From Lingula anatina (taxonomy: Eukaryota > Animalia > Brachiopoda), in contig CM120641.1 of assembly GCA_051362555.1 (NCBI GenBank), positions 5,518,001 to 5,582,000 of the forward strand: a stretch of DNA of 64,000 nucleotides, in the 5' to 3' direction. Shown here piece after piece: positions 1 to 11,203 of the stretch. Under the pieces are notes generated by a model. That model was not told the origin of the DNA, did no database searches, and was given only the letters and a program-made list of their open reading frames with translations. Numbering within the stretch: the first letter of the stretch is position 1; each line of letters starts with the position of its first letter. Made by a program: the position numbers and the translations under genes.

Positions 1-466
1 AGCATGGATAATCAATGGTAACAAGAAGTCTGAGAGGCCCCCTCTGAGTTTTATTTTACATGAGAATGCATTCATTGCTTTCTCTATAAACACACAGCAT
101 TATTTCAGAAAAAGAAACTATTCATTTAGTTAAACAAATAAAAGTGATAACAGCTCATCCTGTAACAACAATTTATAGCTTTCTCTTCAATGAAAACTCC
201 CACAAGAAAACTCCCACACAAAAATGGAAGAATGTGAGAAAAACATGGTCTAGCCAGTATGAAAACACATCTTTTCCCTAATGTATGTATTGGTACAAAT
301 TCCTGCCAACAGAATAGGCATTTAGGCATAGCCTTTAATTCAGATTAATCTAATGAATAATATCTCAACAGCCAAGGTCAATTAACTGTTTTTCTGCAAA
401 TAATTTGAACTTCAAAGTAAGACCAAAACAAAGTATCAGATTCAGAATTAAACAGCCAATACTCAC

Positions 467-3400
467 TAGGGAGGTAGATTTTGTCTTTTTTTCAAAATGC
501 AAACCAATCTGAATCATGCTTTTTACAACTAAATTTATGTATCAAAACAAAAAAAATTCAGCAGAACATTTTCTGCAAAAATTCTCTTCCAAAACTTAGA
601 AAAAAAAGTAAAAAGTAAAAATTGACAAATAATGTCTTAAAAAAATACCACAAAATCAAACCCTGAAATAAATGATTCGAATAACATTTTTCATATTATA
701 ATGCTTCTTAAAAATATATGGATAATAAATAAATGAAATTGATAATATAAGAATCTCATGCAGTTCATGCAGAGAAATAAAAGAATCATATATGCATCTC
801 CAGTAGTATTGGTACCATATCAAACTCCGAGGCACTGGAGCCTGCAGAACTAGGTCTGGACTGGGCTGGGATTGCCGTTTTGGGTCTTGGTTTAGCCTGA
901 GCAACAAATATATTTGTCAAATTTGTATCGCCTTCTTTATAAATTAAACTGTGTAAACGAAACTCCGCTTGCATTCTCCAATATTAGATGAAAATAAACA
1001 AAATGAGAAAAATTACTGATGGCTTTTAAAAAGATACATATCAGAGAGAGAGAGAAAGAGAGAGAGAAAGACAGAGATGTTCAAATTGTCTTCAGCAAGC
1101 CACTTAATACTGATAGATGTTGCATGAAAAAAAAAAAAAAACATCTAAAATAAACAAAAATATAATAGAATGTCATGAAAATAAAAGTGAAATCTTAATC
1201 CTGAGAAACACACAATATCACACCACTTACAACTTTAGCTGATGTAGGTCTGGATACATGTGGTGAACTAATGCTCCTTGCTGATTTCTGATAATTTGTA
1301 AAAATAAATAAATAAATGAAGGTTTATATCATTCAGTTCTTAAAACAGAAAAGCCATTTTGCATATTTTGCCTTCAGTATTATATCTTATTCATTCCATA
1401 TCTTTTTTAAAGGTACATACGAACCGAGCATCGGTGGAGTGTGGATTCCCAGTAACACATGTAAACCACTTCTACTAGATTCTTATATGGCTCAAATAAA
1501 TTCGACATGCCAAGGGATAAACTGAATAGATCACTCGATCAGCCATAAAAGACCTTTAGACTGCTCCTTTCTTTAAATTTATGGTTGTAAATTTAACCTA
1601 CTTCAGTGACATACAGCTTAGAATGCCAGCAGAAAAATCTGTTCAAACATCATTTTCGAGTAAAATTAAACAATGCCTTTTGGTAATTCTCTTAGTTATA
1701 CTACTTGAAACTATATGCTGGCATTTGGTTGGTTTTTGTGACAAAAAATTGACTTTGTATGCATCTTTAACTCTCCAATTCCAATTAAACAGTGAAGTTA
1801 CTCTTTTGAACTTATTAGCTTGAAGAGGAAAAACTTTAAAAGGGGTAAAAGCAGGCTTGGAGAAAAAAGACATTACAAAAGAAAAGTGCTCTAAAATGGC
1901 CCTTATGTTAAAGAGATTAATGATAGGGTTTCATTTTAAAACAGAAACTGAGCACCACAAATACTTTTTAACACTATAAATTCATTTAAAAAAGTAGAAA
2001 ATTGTACAGTCACGCTGTCTCATTTAATATACAGTTATTTAAGAAAGAGGCCAAAATGCACCCTGAAGTGAATCAATATATATGAAACTAGAGGATCAGA
2101 GAGGCGATACCGCCTCCGAATATTGTACCACCAGCTGGAGCAAGCGCATTCGTATAGACCCCCCACATATACAAAATAAGGAACACAGCCACCAGTCTTG
2201 TGCTTGACAAGCTGTAAAAATGCAATCAACAAGAATTTTCAAAATATGCAAAAAATATATATATAACTAAAAATGGTACAATCAAAGTTAAGTTCATTGT
2301 AAGGTAGGTCAAAGGTCAATTCCAAGGTCACAGTTAATTGCCAGTATATGACTTCCTATTCAACTTCAATAGTAACTATGGGCCTATCTCTGCCAGGTTT
2401 GGAGTTAAAAGAGAAAGAAATTAGCAGAGTTCAGTTCATGATAATAAGTAGGTCAAAGGTCAATTTCAAGGTCACACTTAGATTGCCAGTATATGACTTC
2501 CTATTCACGTTCAATAGTAACTATGGACCTATCTCTGCCAGTTTTGGAGATAAAGGGGAAGCAAAATATGCAAAGTTCAGTTCATGGTGAAAAGTAGGTC
2601 AAAGGTCAATTTTAAGGTCACTTTAAGATTGCCAGTATATGACTTCCTATTCAACTTCAATAGAGACTATGGACCTATCTCTGCCAGTTTTGGAGATAAA
2701 AGGGAATCAAAATTTGCAAAGTTCAGTTCATGGTGAAATGTAGGTCAAAAGTCAATTTTAAGGTCACATGTAGATTGCCAGTATATGACTTCCTATTCAA
2801 GTTCAATAGAGACTATGGACCTATCTCTGCCAGTTTTGGAGATAAAAGGGAAGCAAAATTTGCAAAGTTCAGTTCATGGTGAAAAGTAGGTCAAAGGTCA
2901 ATTTTAAGGTCACATTTAGATTGCCAGTATATGACTTCCTATTCAACTTCAATAGTAACTATGGACCTATCTCTGCCAGTTTTGGAGATAAAAGGGACTA
3001 AATGGTATAATTTTGGAGTTACCATAATGTGCCATAAATTTCCTACACAGAAAATTAATAAAAATAAAGAAAAGGTCATATTGGTAAAAATTCTTGAAAT
3101 GGGAGGTGCTCTGAAGTTCCAGATGTTCAAATGTGATGAAATAATGTCATTTTTGACCACAAGTTGTCTGCTTTGCCAAGCCTTATGTTTTATTTTTCCG
3201 GATTTCATAATTTATTATCCATTGCCGTACTGCACATTTTGCTTTCACCACCAATATGTACTTTTTGATACACCGTAACTTTGGAGATAAAAGGGAATCA
3301 AAATTTGCAAAATTCAGTTCATGGTGAAAAATAGGTCAAAGGTCAATTTTAAGGTCACATGTAGATTGCCAGTATATGACTTCCTATTCAAGTTCAACAG

Positions 3401-6400
3401 AGACTATGGACCTATCTCTGCCAGTTTTGGAGATAAAAGGGAAGCAAAATTTGCAAAGTTCAGTTCATGGTGAAAAGTAGGTCAAAGGTCAATTTTAAGG
3501 TCACATTTAGATTGCCAGTATATGACTTCCTATTCAACTTCAATAGTAACTATGGACCTATCTCTGCCAGTTTTGGAGATAAAAGGGAAGCAAAATTTGC
3601 AAAGTTCAGTTCATGGTGAAAAGTAGGTCAAAGGTCAATTTTAAGGTCACATTTAGATTGCCAGTATATGACTTCCTATTCAACTTCAATAGTAACTATG
3701 GACCTATCTCTGCCAGTTTTGGAGATATAAGGGACTAAATGTTATAATTTTGGAGTTACCATAATGTGCCATAAATTTTGTACAGAAAAAATTAATTAAA
3801 ATAAAGAAAAGGTCATTTTGGTCAAAATTCTTGAAATGGGAGGTGCTCTGAAGTTCCAGATGTTCAAATTTGATGAAATAATGTCATTTTTGACCACAAG
3901 TTGTCTGCTTTGCCAAGCCTTATGTTTTATTTTTCCGGAGTTCAAAATTTATTATCCATTACCGTACTGCACATTTTGCTTTCACCACCAATATGTACTT
4001 TTTGATACAGCGTAACTCGAAAACCGTATGGAATACAAAAAAACGGAGACCACCTCCAGTGTTGGGCTTTACATGCTCTACGAAATGCAAATAAGAATGG
4101 GTGTCTAGCATTAACGGTTCCCGAATTAGAGACAGTTTTCAGTTTCGATATCTTATGGCTGCTACTCCCGTGAAAATGCACCGATTGACCCCAAATTCAC
4201 GGAGATGAAAGATGACCCGAAGGGTAACACTTTCCATTAATATTATTAGTTAAGTCTGTGTGGTGGCTGAATAAGACCGCAAATAATTTTTTTTTCGGCA
4301 AAAATTTTGTTTTTTTGAAAATTTTGGCCCGTTTGACCTTGAAATAAAGGTCAAAGGTCAAATCCAAGGGCATATTTGAAATCTACACATATGACTTTTG
4401 GAAAGCTGTCTGTAGAAATTTTTCCCATAATTCCTTCCGTAGGGGAGATAATTAGCATTTAATTTTGCCATTTTTGGACAAGGGTGCATTGCAATGAGTG
4501 CCACACCTAGACCCCAATACTGACAAAGCCCAAATTTTACGTGGAACGAGTTGAGATTATAGGTGACCTAAATCCAAGAGATGGGTATGGAGGCCCGTAC
4601 CGTCTAGGAGGAGAAGCGGTAACGGTGACTTGGCGGCGGAGCCGCAGGAGCCGGCGGAACATACGGGTCGGGACTAAAACCATGTGTACCGCCAGCGCCT
4701 ACGCTGGTGGTACAATAAAACTAGATCAAATGCTAAACCAATCAGTAAGTCATCTAAATAATCATGCTATACAAAAATTACCCAAACTGAAACAAAATCT
4801 GAAAAACAAATAAAACATGCAGCTCGAATATAAAAGACTCTCTGAAAAGAAAAAAAAAATAAAACAGATTCTCCCAATGACTTACTGCTGAAGCAGGCCG
4901 TGATGAGTTTGGTCGAGATAAAGATTTCGCTGCTGATGTTGGTCTTGATTGTACAGGCTAAAATTGAATGCAGGATTGCAGGTAATAAATGAAGGGGAGT
5001 GAAAAAGGAGCTATAGCAACACACGTTGGGTGGATACAAGTACAATCAAATCCACTATGATAATCAGTCTATTGTACTTTTTTGTTGTATACAACTTTTC
5101 AGTCTTGTTTTGGTGTGCTTCATTATCTCTAATCAATATCAGCTAAAAATCAATGATTTTTCATTGTGATAGGTCATGTGTTTGCATAAAGTAGACATCA
5201 TCAAGTCGTACAGGTAATAAAGGACAATAACATCAACACAACTTCTAAGGAATCTCACATATTGTTTGTAAAATACAGCAAACACCCAAGTTTCATGCTT
5301 AAATGGGCAATAACTCTCGCATTAAAACAGGCTAAGCTTATTCTTTCTGTCATACTTTCAGCTTAATAATATGCATATGGTACGTTTTGATAAAGAAGAC
5401 TACATCATAATCTGAAAATCTGACAATGATGATATAAGGGTCATTTTCATTAAATCATTGTCAGCAACATTTGTTATAAAACTGTCATTTGCTAAACTTA
5501 CTGTGCATATAAAATGAAGCCCTGGTGAATAAATCCCCTAACAAGATGTTAATATCCTAAAGGGCTTCATGAGAGAAGCCCCTGATCCACTATTACTTTG
5601 CCAATTTGTGAGGTTTCTCTTCTGATACTACACTACTGAACTACTGAAATCAGCCATTGTCTCTACTTACTGTCTGTGGCACTTCTGTTTGACTAGACAT
5701 TTCTATGACAATCCTCTCTTGAGGTTGCTGTGCGTTGGCAAAGTCCCTACGGACTCCATTCAAGGCATCTTCAAGTCCCGCCCAAGTTACAAATTCTTCA
5801 GGCAGAGGCAGCATTAGGAACTTGTCATTAAGTTCATTCTAATAAACAAAAAGGACATTTTGTTAGAATAAGCTACATACATATGTATATAAGATTAGGT
5901 TTGGCAAGTCAATTTAGATTAGTATTAGTTCTTAGTTTACTTTAATTACTTTCCAGCAGGTTTAGGTTATAAAAAAATTATAAAAAGCAATTATTAATTT
6001 TTATATCTCAGTGCTTGGTTGCGTAACTTTTTTTACAGTTGCAACTGACTTATTAATAAAAAGGATAAAGTAAATGTATGTACCTATTTGTCTTTTTTCT
6101 TAAGGATACAATCTTTATATATTTTACCCACAGACATGTTTTCAATTATACTTACTGTTAGAGTTTCAAGGTCTTTCAGTCTTTTTAATAGATCTTCTAA
6201 GTTCAACTACAAGGGAAAAATAAATTAACAATTACACACTTCATCTACACTGGCATTCATGCATTCATTTTCTTAATTAGTTTCCATCTTATCTTCTAGG
6301 GTAGCATATTTATGACAAAAAAGTAGAAGCATGTGTGAATTATCTGCTCCAAAGAAAAAAAATCCCCCAGTATGTCATGTCTGCCATATTCCTTTCATAT

Positions 6401-9400
6401 TTAAAAGACAGCATCAACAATTTTACCAACAAAAGACAAGTTTAGGTGTACCAGTGTTAGCCTATGGTTTCTTTTTTAGGGGACCATTCTTTAAAGCTGT
6501 AAGCAGATTGTTCTTATCTTTTTCTTTTATGATATATAATAAAATAAGTCATAAAAGTAATTGAGCAAAATAAATCAAATGGCAAGCTCAGAAAAAAAAT
6601 TGTTCATTCTTTCCTCCTTTTTTTTGGGGGGGGGGGGTGATTAAATGAAATAATATGGCTTACATTATCTAGCTGTTCCTTTAGCTTGGCCTGGAAATCT
6701 CGAATTTCCTGCAGTTCTCTCATCAAGTCTTCAACAATGGTCATAAGCTGAAAAGATGAAATATATACTTGTAATTAAAGATTAGCATCAGTACAAACTT
6801 TTCTCTGATTGCAAGAATTTGACAACAAAATAAAATGAAATGAAGATTGTAGATAGAAAATTGTGAATTAAAGAATTATGCCTTGCCATTTTTAATTTAA
6901 TACAATCATGATGGTTTAGATAAACTCAAAAAGTGGACCTATAAACACTTCCTATTTAATATCTCCATTTATAGGGTGACAAAAGTTCTCATGTGCCATT
7001 TAATTTTCTTTTAATGTATTTAACTGAAATCAGTTATTATTTTAATAATATCATATATATAAAAACATAATCCCAGTTTGTATCCCACAAACTTTCGCAA
7101 CCATGTTTTGACAATGTTCTTAAATATTTCATGGTCAATGCACTGCAGCTGTGTTTCTGTTATTAAATACATTATTTAAGTTGTAACTGTTTGTTTATCA
7201 ATACATTTGCACTGCATTAACTAATAACAATCACCAGTACAACATGGATCTATAGCTTATTGCTTGTCGGAGGTCATGCAGAGTGGATGTGAAAAGTTCC
7301 ATTTCTCAGAGAGAAGAACGTCTGATAATTTCTTATATTTAACATCCATCAAACACATATAACAAAAGTCACTCTGTATTTTGTTTAATCTACAGATGAG
7401 TCCAAAGCTTGTCTAAACAGTTCTTATTTGTTCTTGATCAAGTAAACAAATCGTGTCAGTTGAGCTCTAGTAAGAGACTAAGAGTAGACTATATGATGAT
7501 ATATCACTTCACTTGTTTCAAAAATGAATTAATAAAAATCAAACATTTTTGTTTGAAATTAAAAAAAAATCCTCCTTATACCTGGTTTTCGAAAGTATAT
7601 CAATTTACTCAACAATGAGCAGTAAACAGTTTTAAAAAATTGAAAATTCTTTGAAAAATGCGCGTGGGAAAAATAGTCTTAATACACCATTCATATATAT
7701 ATAATAATACCAAATTTTTTTCTACAAAAACTAGCAAGAGCAAGACAACTCAGCCTTGTGAAAGCAGCTAAATTGGTTCTACATATCAGACAACCATTCA
7801 CTCCATCACAGAAAGTAATTCTTAAAATGAATTTGTCTGGTTTCTTTTGTAATTCTGGTCCCTTGCCTTGCAAATTATTTGAATAGAACTGCCAAAATGT
7901 CCAAATAGCTACAGTCAAGTAGATGCATTAAAGTTTCATTTTTTAAGAGAAGCAATAAACCTATTGTAAAGAATGCTTATGTCAATGGAGGATTTGTAAT
8001 AAAGTGGCTTCAGTGAAAGGGTTATTACGACTAGTCTGCTTATCTGACTCAGACGTCATAATCCACTGATAATCCACTAAAGGTAAGCCACTTTGGAGAA
8101 TTCTTATTCAGCAACCCCCCTTGAAGAACTTGTCTAAAATATTTACATACACCTAATATGTCAAATTCCACATCACCTGATCATTCAACTTTTTGCAAAC
8201 AAGGGAGGGATTTCTTCCCAGGACACCCTTATTACCATTAAATTTGCCAAACCTTAGGACCAAATAGAAATATAGTTTCAAATGAAAATCTTGACAAAGT
8301 GACTCTTGATTAAATTGCATCTAAAGCAGATGCAAAAGGGAAATAAAAAATGTTAATCTTTTGCTTCATTTCTTTTTTGATTCTCCAGTCTAATATTAGT
8401 CAGTGTCAAACATGCCTAACAAATGCTACAGGCAAAACAAACAGTCACAAATTGAAAACTTTTCTTTCGATGAGTGGGTTAATAAAGAATGTAAAGGCTT
8501 TTTTTTTTTTTTTTTGCAAAAACAGACAACCCAAACACCACCAAGCAGCTTCAAGGATCAATTAGTCATTTGTGCTCTGTGTAAAGTAAAGGTGTGTTTC
8601 TTTACAAATTATTCATGAGCATTTTCAGGTAACCATGCTAGACTTTAAAATGCTTACTACATCAATATTGCTCTTTTTTTACAAAGCAAATATTCATTCA
8701 TTCTGATTTTATAAATGATCATTTCCAAACATTTCAGGGAAAATATAAAAACTAATAATATACACAATCACCTGTTGAAATTAATAATATCATATTGGTG
8801 AAATTTAGTTATATGGAATGTTTGACTTTTCCACTTCCAATTGAAATATACACAAATGCCATTCCAAAGAAAGGGCTAGCAATATCATATATAAAACAGA
8901 CTTTTAGAAAAAGTATAAAATAAATATGATTTTAATCAAAAACATCAATTGTTGCTCTTAATTATCAAACTAATTATGTCATCAATTTTAAATCAAATTA
9001 AAACACCCCTATTAAAAAGAAAAATGGAACTTTTGAAAAAATTTAAAATTGCAGTTTTAAAAGGCAAATATCACCATAATGTTTTAACAATTATCTTCAC
9101 AATTCTGAAAGTTTGGCATTTTCACAGTGGAACAATAATCCCTGCGACCACAAACATTTGGCACTTTTGTTATGAATATGCTGCTTTAGTTCTGAGTTGT
9201 TGAGAGAAAACATCAAAAGTTTATTCTTAAGGTCTGCCATTGTTATTTTGAATGTAAAACCCTGGCTTAACTTGCTTTCTTGAGTAAAACTACTCACCCG
9301 ATCATTCAAAGATTAATAATTGAGCTCTCCAGGACAGCTTACATTGATTAAGAAATGCTGCAGCAATTTTTACAGACTGCAACTTCAACTTTTGTAACTT

Positions 9401-10846
9401 TTTTACAATAGCAAATAATGAAGATCAGTAAGTGTAAAAAAAATTAATATAAACTAAGTAAAATATAAAATGTATATAAAAAAATATAAAAATGAATAAA
9501 TATGCCTTTTCAGAAGAGCACCTTTAACTATATTAAAGTATATCATTTTAACTGTTAAAATTAATGTAGGGTTTATAGGTGAGGGAATGTGGTAGTTTGC
9601 GTTTAACACATTCTTCTACTTTTTTTTACTTTTTCCATTTACATTAAGTAATTATTGCTAATAATCATCACATGCTTTTATGTCTAATTTCACCTGTGGA
9701 ATTAAGAGACTAAATCACAGACTACAGTATTTAACTGGTGGCCAACTTTGCATATTATGAAAAGAATATGGACCTGTAAATTACAGATGAATACAATATT
9801 TCAAACTCTGTACATAAATGTTGCTAGCTGATAGACTCTATATTAAGATGTAAAGGCTCTGCCACACCAAAGCATAAAGAGGTACATATGAGTATCATAT
9901 GTAAAATTGAATATACGCACAACTTTGGGGTGTATGAAATCATCCCTTTTTTCACTTTATGAAAACAAACACAAAAATTAGTGTATAAAATTGTTTTTGA
10001 ACATGCTCAAACCTTTCATCTCCCACCAAAAGCATGGATGCAAACATACATCGCTTGCTTGCAAAATCCAGACCAATACATTGTAAGTCTTACAAATCCC
10101 TTGCATTTCTCTGCATGTGGGTGATTATTTCTCATACGTTAGACCTATCATCCAAGTGTGACACTACCTTAATTAAAGATGGCATAAAACAACGACATGT
10201 AATACATACAACTAGTACTGGACTTTACTCAGCCAGTCTCGAATGGTATCCTGTGCCTTAATTATCATCATGTTATGACAGATGGCATATATATATCCTC
10301 CCAAAAATAAAAATTAAAATAAAAAAAAACCACCTGAAATCTAGCTTTCCAATTCTATTTCAAACTCACCTTTCCGATCCCTTCTTCATTTGCATCTACT
10401 CTTCTGTTCAACTGCATATATTGCCACATGTCAGCCACGGGTCTTGGTTTGTCCCCACTCCCTCTAGCTCGGTCAAATAAATCCGAGTTAGTTGGTAAAG
10501 AATTCAGTTGATCTATTTGATGTTCCAACCTCGCTAGTTTAGCTTCTAGCTGATGATAGTGTGAACGTTGGGGAGGGATAGATATGGCGGAGTCCTTCTC
10601 ACTCCCAAAGTCTTTTGCACCTTCAGACTCCGATTCCGTTTCTTTGTTGTCAACAACATCTCTCTCTAAACTGGTCGAGAGAAATTCTTTGTCGATTTTG
10701 TTTATGTCGGCTTTGACATCCGTGATGTCCAATCTCTTGAGCATCGCATGTAGAAGGGTGTGAAGTACGTTGAAGTTAACCGACCCTACCTCTGGTGTTC
10801 CCAGAGCCAGATCTACCATCTGAGGTAAACTCAGAGTGGTCGTCAT
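467..10846 (-). CDS. QRICH2: QRICH2/C16orf96-family (DUF4795-type) coiled-coil protein, 5' part; gene continues past the left edge. Well-supported exons: 10846-10370, 6747-6664, 6206-6156, 5838-5671, 4957-4886, 1287-1231, 896-816; tentative microexons 5537-5502 and 508-467
   Basis: The N-terminus MTTTLSLPQMVDLALGTPEVGSVNFNVLHTLLHAML closely resembles the QRICH2 N-terminal motif (LADLAIGTPEVGAVNF..LHTL), as recalled. All listed exons have AG/GT boundaries, are phase 0 and are stop-free. Orthology to QRICH2 versus C16orf96 is not resolved. Confidence 0.7.
1043..1075. repeat. (GA)n microsatellite
   Basis: agagagagagagaaagagagagagaaagacaga seen directly. Confidence 0.9.
2086..4718 (-). mobile_element. 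Non-autonomous Helentron/DINE-1-type element (HINE), copy 1, in an intron of the QRICH2-like gene; about 8 x 146-bp monomers and 2 copies of a ~300-bp block
   Basis: SubTIR pair ATTGTACCACCAGC / GCTGGTGGTACAAT. One end has the hairpin TGTACCGCCAGCG-CCTA-CGCTGGTGGTACA, followed by a GC-rich microsatellite and central tandem repeats. The other end has the stem-loop GAGGCGATACCGCCTC and a CTAGTT terminus. A/T-run flanks with no consistent TSD; near-identical to 43871-46246 and 55184-60803. Confidence 0.85.
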
Positions 10847-11170
10847 TTTGCTCCTTCACTCCGGCAGTATTGGTGGCTGTATCAAAGCTGTCAATGTGAT
10901 CTGTGTAGGCCTGTATAACGCGAAATTATCAAACCCACATGATGTGCAGTGGTGTCGGCCTTGTCACGCCTGTTTAGATGGTCCTCCGCAGTTGCCAAGT
11001 TGTTTTTAAAATTCAGATTATCCAATATACGTTAAGATATATGATGAAACATAATCTTATAACCATAAATAAACTGTTTCCTTCATAACTAAGTTTAACT
11101 TTAATTCTAACTTTGGTAATAATGATAATCTTAGTGAACTATTTCGTCGGAGAAATACAAACACAGACGG

Positions 11171-11203
11171 GTTGTTCTTGACAACATGAAGCGGATGACG
11201 TCA
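11171..11203. promoter_or_regulatory. Candidate RFX X-box (GTTGTTCTTGACAAC, 11171-11185) and CRE (TGACGTCA, 11196-11203) upstream of the QRICH2-like gene
   Basis: An imperfect GTTG..CAAC palindrome and a perfect CRE lie ~330-360 bp upstream of the ATG in a locally CpG-enriched stretch. Function is inferred. Confidence 0.45.

Noticed and set aside
1421-1471. Possible additional 51-nt phase-0 exon of the QRICH2-like gene (KWFTCVTGNPHSTDARF)
   Set aside because: The donor GTATGT is acceptable, but the acceptor lacks a pyrimidine tract and the peptide does not resemble the neighbouring exons.
4717-4724. AAACTAGA after HINE copy 1 matching its other end, suggesting an 8-bp TSD
   Set aside because: AACTAGA is part of the element terminus in all three copies, and copies 2 and 3 show no such duplication, so it is likely coincidental.
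2348-4813. Recurrent short ORFs ([15 protein letters not shown]…, [13 protein letters not shown]…, [15 protein letters not shown]…RRSRRSRR) here and in the other two copies
   Set aside because: These are translations of the HINE satellite, block and microsatellite. Stops and frames vary between copies, several start at non-ATG codons, and there are no Rep/helicase motifs. The protamine-like RRS run is just the GC-rich microsatellite.
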